A stretch of 64,000 bases of DNA from Pelagomonas calceolata (lineage: Eukaryota), in the NCBI GenBank assembly GCA_918797485.1, contig CAKKNE010000004.1, positions 186,001-250,000 of the forward strand. Direction: 5' to 3'. Position 1 is the first letter of the stretch, and each line of letters begins with the position of its first letter. Below the pieces are notes generated by a model that was given only the letters and a program-made list of their open reading frames with translations, did no database searches and was not told the DNA's origin. The translations under genes were made by a program, and so were the position numbers. Positions 29,704 to 40,700 of this stretch are shown here, one piece after another.

Positions 29704-30791
29704 TATTTTGAGTGGGTGCGGCGCGGCGACGCTTTTTGATTGCGTGGCTGGCGCAATATGACCTCCCGGCGCTTTTCGCGCGGTTTGGCGCGGCGGCGGG
29801 CGCTGCCGGGATAATTGGCGCCAGAGCACGCTTACCGCTTTAAACGCGCTCTCCGGTCCAGCAAGCGAGCAGCTGGGCAACTTGCTGTCTTAGGGCTTTG
29901 AGGGCGTCGACAGGCTGCTTTTGGTGTGCTTGAACGCTCGGCCGCGCACCAAGTGCGTCGGTCAGCAGATCAAAAGCTGTGTGCTGCACAAAGTGACAAA
30001 GGGCACGCGCCCGACCAAACCAGCACCAGACCGCTCTCAAAGGCCATTCAGGCTTCGTGTGGATCCGTAGGAGAAGCGACACGTGCCAAGCGCGGTCGAC
30101 GCGGGTTTTGACACCCGGCCTCCCACCAGGAAAGCGGCGCCGCGCGGCGTGCTGGATATCGCGCCTCCACCCGATCACTCTGATCACCGCATCGACCTCG
30201 ACGCGCGAGAATCAAACTCCAAACCGCGCGAGCGGCCCATTTTTTCATCACCACATTTCAAGTAATTTTTGCGCTGACTCGCGCGCGGGCGGACCAGGCG
30301 CGCGTGACGAGGGACTCACCGGCTAGACAACCGTGTCAGGAAACGCCCGGCTCGCTGTCAAAGAGACACACGCAGCCACACCAAAAATAAGCGTTTCCGA
30401 CCTCGTACGTCAAATCAGGTTGACCCATGGTGCGCTACGTGAAGAACGAGGGCCGCCCGGCCCTGGGCTTCGCCGTCGAGAGCGAGGAGAGCGACGAGAG
30501 CTCGGACGACGAACCACTAAGTGACCAGCCCTGGTCATCGAGTTCATGGACGCGGGGAGTTTAGATCATCTAAATATGCGGCGCGCGCGCGTTTGTTCCT
30601 CAGGCGGTCAACTGGCCGTCTGAGAGGTTCGTCAAAGACGCACAACGTTCTAAACGCGTGTAACGCTTGCTTTATAGCGCGTAACAGTCAAGCTCTGGTA
30701 GGCTGGAAAAACCCGTTTTATAGGAGCTCGAGCTCATCTGTCAACTCTTGTAGACTTTCAGATAAACTTATATAAGCTAAACACTCTATCA

Positions 30792-33700
30792 TCAAACACC
30801 TGTCGTCCGCCTCGACCGCACCACGGCCACGGCTGCCACCGTCGCGGCGGCGGCCGCCACGAGCAACACACGATTTCTAAAGAACGGCGGCGGCGGCGCG
30901 AGGCGCACCCGCACGCGCCGGTCGAGCGACGCCGGCAGCGCGCGCGTCAGCGTCGCGCCGACCGCGCTCACGCCCTCGGGCCCCGCCAGCGCCGCGCGCA
31001 CGCGTTCGTTCACGCGCATCGTCTCGGCCACCGTGGCCCCCACGTCGCCGCGGTACCGCGGGCTGAGGTAGGTCGAAGACACGGTCGCGGCCCAGTGGTT
31101 GTTCGTCCGCAACCGCTCGGCGCGGTCGTTCGCGAGGGCCTCGAGGACCGAGTCGAGGTCGCGTTTCTTCGGGCCCGCCTTCGCCGCCACCGCGAGCGCC
31201 GACCGGACCATGCCGTCCACCGCCTCGTGCCGCTCGGGCTGGTGCCCGCAGCTAATGTCGAGGATGCCGTCCAAAGGCCGCACCGCGTCGACGAGCGGAT
31301 CCGCCGTGTGGTAGTCGATGTACGCGCTCACGCTGTAGACGTCGGCCGCGTCGAACCGTAAAGCTTCGGTGAGCTGGAGCTGCAGGCACCGCGCCGCGAC
31401 GTCGACGCGCACGGACTCCGCGAGCCGCTCCTCGGCCTTCTCCTCGTCGGTGCTACCTTTGGAGGCGCCGACGCGCACGGGCCAGGACCACCTCGACCGC
31501 GCGCGCGCCAGCTGTTGATCGTCGTCCGTGACCGCCGCGGCCGTCGTCGCCCTTACCACGGCCTCGACCGGCCCTCTCGCCGGGAAGCTCGCGCCGAGGG
31601 GCTCGCACGCCTCCGCCGTGATCGGCGCCTCACCCTTCACGAAGCCGAACTCCTCGGCGCGCGGGTACGCCGCCCGGACCTGCGCCCGGCCCGGCAGGGG
31701 CGCCAGGTAGGCGTCCACCAACCTTGTGAGCGTCGCGTCGTCGGGCAGGCTGCCGACGATGGCGACGCGGAAGCCGTCCGGCGACCTGCGGACACGTCGC
31801 GTCGATGGCGTGGAGGCGCGACGCGCCGCGACAATTTGATTTATGCACTGCCGGCGGACGCAAATCCCGCGTCGTAAAAATCGCACGCCGTCGCCGCGTC
31901 GAACTCGTCCAGGTCGGCGTTCGTCCAGTGGCGCCAGAAGGGGTGGTCGCGCGTCACGAGCTGGTCGCGCTTCGTCGCGAAGCGCGCGCCGGGGTCGCGC
32001 TCCCGCTCCCGCACGGCGTCGCGGCTCGCGTCGACGTAGGTCCGCGCCTGGGCCTCGCTGCGCTGCGGCGTGTTGGCGAAGAGGCGCGCGAGGAGACCGA
32101 AGAGGGTCTCGACCTCGTCTGCCGTGCAATCCCCCGACACGATGCGCCGGTAGGCGTCGATGTCCGCGCCCAGCGCGACGCGCCGGCCGCCGAGCGCGTC
32201 GTTGAGCGCGGCGCGCGGCGCGCCAACCTGTGCGCAAATCAATCGGTGAGTCGGGTGCATTCGCCGCGACAATTTGATTTATGCACTGGCGCCGACGGCG
32301 CCGTAGCGCCCGGCGAGGCTCGCGCCGCCGCGCGCGCTCATCGCCAGTTTCGCGTCTTTCTTCGCGTCGCGCCCGCAGAGCCGGGACAGGCCGCCGGCCG
32401 CGCACCCGAACAGCACGACCTCGTCGTCCTTAAAGTCGGTGCGCACGAAGGTGACCGTGCCGCCGTTGCCCAGCGAGAGCTCCAGCGCCTCGAGGCCGTT
32501 CGGCAGAGGCAGGCGCCGGCTTGTCACGGACGAGCGCTCGCCAGTGGGCGGCGCGAAGAAGGCGTCGGCGTCGAAGGCCTCGGTCGCCGCGACGGCGCCG
32601 CCCGCCGCGTCGTCGAGTAATGTCTTTAGCTCGGCCTCGAGCGCCGCAGCGGGCACTGAGGGCGCCTGCCAGGGCCACCGGAAGCCCGGCGCGGGCCGCG
32701 TCGCCGCGACGACGGCGTCGAGGTTCTCCGCGGGGAACATGGCCGCGATCGCCTCTCGGACGTCCTCGACGGTGACCGTCTGCAGCAGCGCGGCCGCGAG
32801 CGCGACCTCGTCGCGGTCGTCGACGTACGGCGCCGCGAGCAGGAAGTGGTCCCGCGCCTCGTCGGCCAGCGATGACGACTCGGTCTGGTCCCGCTCCTTC
32901 CACTGCGTCTGCAGGTCGCCCAGGATCTCGCGCCGCGCCATGCGCAGCTCGTCCTCCGTGACGCGGTCGCGCTTCTCGACGACGACGCGCCACGCGCTCC
33001 GCAAAGCGTCGGCGACGCGGTCGTGGGCCAGGGGCACGGCGCTCAGCATGCTGACGGTCACGCCCTGGATGCCATCGGCGACGCGCCGCAGCGCGACGGG
33101 CGGCTGCGCGCCGACGGACGCCGAGCTGAACGGCGGCGCGCTCGCCATGGCGAGCTTCGCGAGCTGGCGGTTCACGACGTTCTGGGCCACGTCGCCGACG
33201 AGCCACCGCCGGAATCCGCCGACCGTCGTCGCGGCCTCGTAGCGCTTGGCCACACTGATAGCGGCGAAGGCCGACGTCGCCTCGGCGTCCTCGAAGACGC
33301 TCGCGCGGACGCGCCGCCGCGGCGCCTCCGCGAACACGGCGGCGCCGAAGCTTGACTCGTCGGGGAAGAAGGCCGCCGGCGCGCGCGGCCACGGCCGCGC
33401 GGCGCCCTTCCGAAAGTAGGGCGCGAAGGCCCGGTCGAGCTGGTCGACCTGGACCGCGTCGGGCACCGCGCCGACGACGATAACCTGTGTGGAAATCAAC
33501 CAGTTCGTCGGGTGCACTGACGCGGCCGTCCTGGCTCGGTCGAGCGGTGAGGAACCGGCATCACCACGCCATCGAGCAGACGTCGCGTCGATGGCGTGGA
33601 GGACGACGCGATGATTCAGCACAACGCGCCGTAAAAGTTTGATTTCCACACAGACAATAACGGCCAGGGCGTCGGCCGTGTAGTGCCGCTCGTAGAACCC

Positions 33701-34430
33701 TCGGATCGTCTCGGGCCGGGCCGTGCGCACGACCTCGAGGTTCCCGATGGGGAGGCGCGCCGCGAGCGTCGTGCCCTCGAACGTGTGGCGGAAGTGGCTT
33801 TCCGTGCCTGCGCAGCAATAAAAAATTACCGACTCGACACAGTGGTTGATTGCGACGCAGCTCGGTACTTCGCTGGGCCCAGTCCTTGCCCTGGCGCCAC
33901 TCCTCCAGCACGATCTTGCGCTCCGCGTCGACGTCGGACGCGTCGACCTTCGCCGCCTCGCCGACCAACGCCGCCAGCAGCTCCAACGCCCGCCCGAAGA
34001 AGTCCGCCGGCACGTGCAGAAAAAAGACCGTCTCCTCGAAGGACGTATAGGCGTTCTGGTGCGCGCCGAAGGAGACGCCGTGGGCCTCGAGCTCCCGCAG
34101 CGCGGACCAGCGCGTTCCGTCCGCGTCCGTGCGCGCCCGGAACGCGAGGTGTTCCAGGACGTGCGCGAGGCCTCGTTCGTCGTCCGTCTCGTCGATGGAG
34201 CCCGCCCGCACCGCAATCACGAGCTCCACGCGGTCGCGCGGCTCGTCATTTTTGCGCCAGTAATACGTGAGGCCGCTCTCCGGTAGCACGCCGGTCCGCG
34301 TCTTCGTGCCCCGCGGGAGCGGCGCGTCGTCGTCGAGCGGGCCGGTCCACTGCGGCAGCGACTCGATGAGTTTTTTCACGGCTTCCTCCTCGCGCTGCTG
34401 CCAGTTCGACGCATTGCTGGTGGATGGCAT
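30792..34430 (-). CDS. M16 zinc metallopeptidase (PqqL-like) with hydrophobic C-tail; exons 34430-33869, 33807-33662, 33484-32297, 32227-31860, 31785-30792; ~1085 aa
   Basis: GS..E...E.GLAHVLEH, NAYTSFEET, L.LGNG.TV....TDFKDDEV; summed exon length 3258 nt is in frame. Confidence 0.9.
31778..31859 (-). mobile_element. Short introner-derived intron 31859->31786 (74 bp)
   Basis: TSD-like CCGGCGAC / CCGGCGGAC; TCGATGGCGTGG core; GT-AG; restores the frame. Confidence 0.85.
32220..32296 (-). mobile_element. Short introner-derived intron 32296->32228 (69 bp)
   Basis: TSD GCGCCAAC / GCGCCGAC; ends CTGTGCGCAAATCAA...TTGATTTATGCACTG. Confidence 0.88.
33477..33661 (-). mobile_element. Introner: element 33485-33653 (169 bp); intron 33661->33485 (177 bp)
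   Basis: Perfect 15-bp TIRs; TSD ACGATAAC / ACAATAAC. Confidence 0.95.
33800..33868 (-). mobile_element. Old introner-derived intron 33868->33808 (61 bp)
   Basis: Decayed TIR TGGTTGATTGCGACGCAG; TSD GTACCGAG / GCACGGAA on the gene strand; restores the frame. Confidence 0.75.
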
Positions 34431-34821
34431 GCTGTCTCTCTGAGAGCAACTACTGCTGCACCACAGAGCGAGCTGTCCTCGCACAGGTGCGTGCAGTCGC
34501 CGAACAGCGATGTTCTTGGACCACCACGCGATGCGCGATCACGGCGGGGCCTCGCGTCTCGCGTTTTTTTTAGGCAAGAAGAGCTAGCGGTATAAGACAC
34601 TAGGCATCTCGAGCAAGCTGCGCGCGGATCTAGCGGTTAATCGCAGCTTATTGCCAGTTTTTGCCTGGCTACGTTTGTTATCGATCGCTGTGAACGCAGT
34701 GCGCACCGCTCGAGCGCTCGCCACCACGGCTGTAGCAAAATATCAAAATCAGCATTGAGAGCACTGTCTGAGCACTGCCAGATCACTGCCCCAATCTAAC
34801 CCCCACGTGCGGCAAGGCATT

Positions 34822-36201
34822 ATGATTACACGCAACTCCTCGACGACGGCCGCCGCGACCGCCGCAACCGCCGCGGCCGCGCTCGCGGCCCTCGCCTGGC
34901 GCCGCCGCCGCGCCCGGAGCGCGGACACAAAAGCTATGGCGATACTGGCAGCGCGCAACGCGCGCATGCACTCGACCGAAGCCATCCGCCACGGTCGAGC
35001 CTTCGACGTGAGGGCGAGCGACGTCTTCGTCGTGACGTACCCCAAGTGCGGGACGACGTGGGTCTCCGCGATCGCCCACTTTTTGAGGGGCGGCGACGAG
35101 GACGACTTCGGGGAGATCTGCGAGGCCATGCCCTGGGACATTATTGCCTTGGACTGCGGCCAGAATTGTAACGATGAGCAGGGCCGGTCGCCGCGGCTCT
35201 TCAAGTCGCACGAGGCTTATCATACGATCGCCAAGGGCGGCAGGTACGTCTACGTGGCGCGCGCGCCGGCCGACGCACTCGTATCGTTCTACAAGTTCCT
35301 CCCCCCGTACATGCACGCGCCGCACATGTCGATCGAGGCTTTTTGCGCGGGCGTCTTCGGCGGGCTCTCGCACAGCGGCGGCGTCTGGGCCCACCTCTGC
35401 GGCTGGTGGGCGCGGCGCCGCGACGCGAACGTCTGCTGGGTCTGCTACGAGACGTTGCGGGCGCACCCCGAGCGCGAGATCGCGCGCATCGCGCGGTTCA
35501 TGGGCGTGCCCGCCGACGCGGCGACGGTCGCGCGCGTCGCGGCGCGGACGTCGCTGGCGGCGATGCGCGCGGCCGGGCCCAAGTACGACGACCACTTCGT
35601 CTTCCACCGTCTCAAGGGCCAGATCGGCATTGCTGGGGAGCACCGCGCGTCGAAGGTGCGGCAGGGCACCGTCGGCCGCGGTGCGGCGCTGCCGGCTTCC
35701 GTGCGGAGGATGCTCGAGGCGCGGTGGCGCGACACGGTCTTCCGGCGGACGGGGCTCGCGTCCTACGGCGAACTGCGCGCGGTCGCGGCGCGCGAGGCCG
35801 CGGCGCCGTCGGTGACGCGGTCGCCGAGGGGCTCCTACGACGCCGACGGCCTCGCCGAGCTCGCGCCACCGCGGCCCCAGGCGACGCGCGGGCCGAGCGG
35901 CTCCTATGACTGCGGCGACTTCGACGAGGCGCCGCCCGCCGGGCCCACGCCGACGCGGGGCCCCCGCGGATCGTACGACGACAACAGCGACTTCGAGGAC
36001 GACATCGCGAACCTGACGCCGCCAGCGCCCGACTCGCCAATCGACCGTGCGATCGCCGACGCGCGGGCGGACATCCACGACCGCGTCGAGCAGCGCGTGG
36101 CCGAGCTGGGTGCCGACGAGGACGCGCGCGCCGCCCCGCCGCCGCGGCCGCCGCCCGCTCCCGGCGACCCGTACGACTGGATTCCCGTCGAAGAGGATTA
36201 G
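34822..36201 (+). CDS. Sulfotransferase (SULT-type) with low-complexity tail
   Basis: DVFVVTYPKCGTTW (5'-PSB), PRLFKSH, R.PADALVSFY, YE.L, KVRQG.VG. Confidence 0.92.
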   Translation: MITRNSSTTAAATAATAAAALAALAWRRRRARSADTKAMAILAARNARMHSTEAIRHGRAFDVRASDVFVVTYPKCGTTWVSAIAHFLRGGDEDDFGEICEAMPWDIIALDCGQNCNDEQGRSPRLFKSHEAYHTIAKGGRYVYVARAPADALVSFYKFLPPYMHAPHMSIEAFCAGVFGGLSHSGGVWAHLCGWWARRRDANVCWVCYETLRAHPEREIARIARFMGVPADAATVARVAARTSLAAMRAAGPKYDDHFVFHRLKGQIGIAGEHRASKVRQGTVGRGAALPASVRRMLEARWRDTVFRRTGLASYGELRAVAAREAAAPSVTRSPRGSYDADGLAELAPPRPQATRGPSGSYDCGDFDEAPPAGPTPTRGPRGSYDDNSDFEDDIANLTPPAPDSPIDRAIADARADIHDRVEQRVAELGADEDARAAPPPRPPPAPGDPYDWIPVEED

Positions 36202-36431
36202 TCCGAGTGAGTAATTTCGAGGAGGAGTGATCATCACGCGCGCGCGAATACTATCAGAAGCAGCGTGCTGCGTGCGGAAGGACTTAATTTTGGTGCTAGT
36301 GTGTTGATACGCTAAGTTTTAATTTTTTGCAAATAGTTCGCGCGCGCGAACGAGCTGAGATCGCATTGCTGCGTGGCGAGACGTCGCTTGCGTGGCGGGG
36401 CGGCCAGGCTCTAAGCCCCACACTGAGCGGC

Positions 36432-37688
36432 ATGGAGACAAAAACGCCGTGGGCCGCCGAAGGGCTCACCCTCTCGAGCCGCGAGGAGAAGCTAGCTCAT
36501 TACCTGCTATCTCGCGGCAAGACAGATCAATTGGAGCGGCTTCTCGCGAAAGCGCGCGCGGGCGTGTCGACGGGGCTTACATCGCCCGCGGCGGGCGGTC
36601 ACGCCCACGCGACCAACGCGTCGCGGCCCTCGCGGGCCCGGCCGTTGGCGCCCCACAATCGTCCGCCGCCGCGGCCCGGCAAAGGTCCGCAGCGGCGCCC
36701 GCCGTCCGTCGCCTACGCGGCGCGACGCGGCCCCGAGCAAGCGCCGGTGAAAGCGCCGGTGACCGCGACCGCGCGAGCGCCCGATCCGCCGTCTCTGCCG
36801 CCGCCGCCGCCGCGCAAGGAAACACCATCGCCACCCGACGAGGCGTCGCCGGGCGAGACGCCGTCGCCCGCGAACGTGACGCTCCGTCGGCGCGGACGCG
36901 CTGGACCCGTACGGTCCGTACCGCCAACTCCTCAAGGTGCTACGCCGCCGCAAGCGCCACCGACGCTCGTGCGCGAAGCGACGCCTCCACAGGCTTCCCC
37001 GGTCGCGGCGACGGCGACGCCACCCCCCCTTCGCGAGGCTACTCCGCCGCAAGCTTCGTTGTCGGCTCCGACACCGGTGCGGAACGCGACGCCGCCAGCC
37101 GCGCCGACGCCGGTTGTTGCGGCGCCGGCGACGGTCTCGCCGATCTATCGGGACACGGCCCTCATCGCGGCAGATGACGAGGCCTGCGAGCGAGCGCTCA
37201 CGAATTGGCTCAGGGCACCGGGTCTAGCGGCGGACGCCTCGGCCGCAGAGTGGCGCGACGCGTGGCGGGTCGCCGCGGCGGCGGCCGACGTGGCCCTCCA
37301 GAAGGCCGTGCAAGTGGATCAAGAGCGAATGCGGGTTCTGAACGATTATGAGACCTTCCGGGCCGGGGCCACGAATCTCGCCACGCTTGCGGCAAGAAAC
37401 GCGCACGCCGAGCTAGAGACGGCCAAAACGCGCATCTCCGCCCTCAAAGTGAGCCTGGCGCGCTACCAGGCCGCCTACCCCCCGCCGCCCGTCGGCGACG
37501 AGGCGGCCTCCGACGACGCCCACGACGGATCGGCGCTACCGGCTTCGGAAGCCGCGCCGCGCGCCCAGACGGACGTCCTAGCGCCGACTCCGCGGCCCGG
37601 ACGCGCGCGCCTATCGGTCGCGACGCCGGCGCCGCGCCCGCGGCGCTACGCCACGAGATCCTCGACGCGCCGCGGCCGCGCGGACTGA
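36432..37688 (+). CDS. Hypothetical Pro-rich protein with coiled coil
   Basis: 418-aa ORF; repeated ATPP motifs. Confidence 0.7.
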   Translation: METKTPWAAEGLTLSSREEKLAHYLLSRGKTDQLERLLAKARAGVSTGLTSPAAGGHAHATNASRPSRARPLAPHNRPPPRPGKGPQRRPPSVAYAARRGPEQAPVKAPVTATARAPDPPSLPPPPPRKETPSPPDEASPGETPSPANVTLRRRGRAGPVRSVPPTPQGATPPQAPPTLVREATPPQASPVAATATPPPLREATPPQASLSAPTPVRNATPPAAPTPVVAAPATVSPIYRDTALIAADDEACERALTNWLRAPGLAADASAAEWRDAWRVAAAAADVALQKAVQVDQERMRVLNDYETFRAGATNLATLAARNAHAELETAKTRISALKVSLARYQAAYPPPPVGDEAASDDAHDGSALPASEAAPRAQTDVLAPTPRPGRARLSVATPAPRPRRYATRSSTRRGRAD

Positions 37689-37786
37689 AGTCATGTGGCG
37701 AACCCCCCCAAGACCCAAGCAAGAACGACGACTAAAGAAGACCTACTACTAGTACGACGGGATAGGAACGACGGGAGGCGAAGATG

Positions 37787-40700
37787 CTAGGCGGGCGCGA
37801 CCGAGCCGCCGGGGTTCGACGCCGGCGCCCGCAGGCACCACAGCGCGCACCCGGCGCACCAGAACCAGGTGAAGCCCATCAGGTAGAAGAAAAATTCAAG
37901 GGCATGCGGCGCGTAGTAAAACCCCATGAGGACCCGGAGCCACAGGCCCTGGGGGGTTTCTTCGCAGTTGGGGTCCCGCCAGTACTGTCGATTTATTCGT
38001 GAGCAGTGCCTCGCCATTTCACTAGCATGGAGGCCCGCCCAAAGGAGGAGTCCCATGATGCCGGAGCCACAGAAGTGGTAGATGCACGTCGCTTTCCACG
38101 CGTACTTGTTGCAGCCGCAGCAAGTCGCCTCGGAGAAGACCACCGCGTCCAGCTCCTTCTGCGCCTCGTCGTCGGCCTCGGCCTGGAGCATCTCGGCGAT
38201 CTCCCGGCCGAGCCGCGACTGCGCCAGACCCTCCTCGCCGCCGGCAATCCTCAAAAACACCTTCTCCATCGTCGCGCGCGCGAGCGAAAAGTCGATCACG
38301 CCGAGCCGCGCGCACGCGTCGTCGTCGAACGCGCGGAACGCGAGCGCCGGCGTCCGCCGCGGGTCGACGCCCGCGAGCTCGAGCGTCGCAATGTCCGCGT
38401 CCGCGGCGGCGACGTCGACGTCCGGCGACGAAAAGGCCCCGCGCGCGAACGCCACGAGATCCGCGACGTGCGCGTCGTCCCGCGTCTCCAGGCGGCACGA
38501 GATCTCGTAGCCCGCCGCGTAGCGCTCCTTGAGCTCCTGCGGCGTCCCGATGCAGCGCATGGTGCCCTTGACCATGATGCCGACGCGGTCGCAGAGGAGA
38601 TCGGCCTCGCCCATCGAGTGCGTCGTCAGGACGACTGCGCGGCCCTTCATCGTGACCTTGATGAGGTCCCAGAGATTCCTTTGCGCTCCTGGATCCAGGC
38701 CCGACGACGGCTCGTCCAGCAACACCACCGAGGGGCCGCCGACCAGCGCCACCGCGACCGCCAGCTTGCGCTTCATGCCCCCCGACAGGCGGCCGGCCGC
38801 CTTGTCGGCGTGGTCGGACAGGCCGACGACGGCGAGCGCTTGCTCCGCGGCGTGGCGCGCGTCTCCTTCGATGTCGACGCCCCGGAGCCGCGCAAAGAGA
38901 CTCAGATGGTCTCGGCAGCTCAGGTGGTCCCAGAGGACGTTCTTCTGGTTGACGACCTGTGTGAAAATCAAAATTTTACGGCGCGTTCGTGCTGAATCAT
39001 CGCATCGTCCTCCACGCCATCGACGCGACGCCTGCTCGATGGCGTGGCGATGCCAGTTCCTCACCGCTCGACCGAGCCAGGACGGCCACGTCATCGCCGA
39101 GAAATGACTTAGTGAAGAATTGTCGGGTGCACCCGACGCATTGGTTGATTTCCACACAGTTGACGACGCCGAGCGACCGCGCTGCGTCCTCGAAGTCCTG
39201 TGTGGAAATCAAATTTCGGGCGCCCCACGCCATCGACGCGATATTTTCTCCGTAGCTGCGTCTGCTCGATGGCGTGAAAGTCAACCTAACTCACTGGTTG
39301 ATTTCCACACAGCTCTTGACGGCCAGCACGCTCTTCCCCGCGACCCTGGCGTCGCCGGACGTCGGCTCGACGGCGCGGCAGACCATCGACACGGTCGTCG
39401 TCTTCCCAGCGCCGTTCGCTCCTAGTAAACCAAAAACCTGGCCCGTCGGCACGCCGAACGCCGCGCACTGGACGGACTCGACGGCCGAACCGCCGAAGAA
39501 CCGCGGCGGGTAGATCTTCCGCAGGTCCGAGACGACGAGGCCGTCGCGGTCCGCTGACTTGATGTCTCGCACGAGCGGCGGAGGGTACGGGTCGTCGCCC
39601 GGCGGCACGTTCCGCAGCATGGCGACGGTGTCGCGCACGGCGGTGGAAAACCTCGTCGGCGGCGGCCGCGACGGCGGCGCCTCCTCCTCCGGCTCGTCTA
39701 CCACAATCTGAAAGTCGTCTTCGTTCGTCGACAGGGCGTCGCCCGCGCTCGCGGCGTCGCCCGCGCCGGTGAGCGCCGCGACGCGCGCGCGCTCCGCGGC
39801 GACGTCGTCGGGCATCGCGGTCGCGCGCACCTTGGAGACCCGCGTCTTCACCCAGGCGAGCGGGCGCAGGGCCCGTCGATCTTTAAAGACGACTATTCCT
39901 TCATAAAGTATGATGTGGAAAAAGGCAAAGATCACGGCTGCCCAGCCGCTCGGTAAAGGCGGGTCCGCGCGCTGCCGCCAGAGGGGCCCGTCGCCCGACG
40001 CCTCGAGAAACCCCCCGCGCTTCAGCTGCGGGTGGAAGGCCACCTTGCAGACCTGGACCGCCAGGTTGCCGAACGGCGTTGCGATTGACGCGAGCCACCC
40101 TATCTTACAGAAGAATTCCTGGAATAGGAGCTGGTTGGGTTTGCTGGTGGCGACCCACCAGAGGCCCGCGAGCCCGGCCGGCGCCGCGCCGCCCAGGAGA
40201 CCGATGAAAATGGGCGTCGACGCGACCGCGATGAGCGGCGAGTCGAACGTCGTCGTCGCAAAGTGCGAGAAGCTCACGATCCCGGCGCTACAGAGCGGCA
40301 GTAAAATCCACAACCACGGCCAGCGCTCCATCCAGCGGCGCACGACGAACTTCGTGGCGTTCTGCCGGGCCCCGGCCGCGTGATGTTTATCCCAGATGCT
40401 GTCGCAGTACCACTGTTCGATGGTATCATAGGGCTCGGAGTGCCACAGATCGTTCGGGTCTTCTTCGAAGCCCCCCGGGTACCGGTCGTGGAAGGCGATT
40501 TCTAGCGACGTGGCGGTCGCGTTGTAGGGCCCGAGGTCGAGGTCCCCCTTCCGAGCGGCCGCGTGGAGCTGCGCGTAAGTCGGCGCGCTGCTACATAACC
40601 GCTTGCGATATGCCATGCGGGTCGCCGCTAACATGAAGACGACGCAGACGGCGCCGCTCACGAGTACCAGCGCGTCGCTGAGCCAGTTTCCTAGCCAGTA

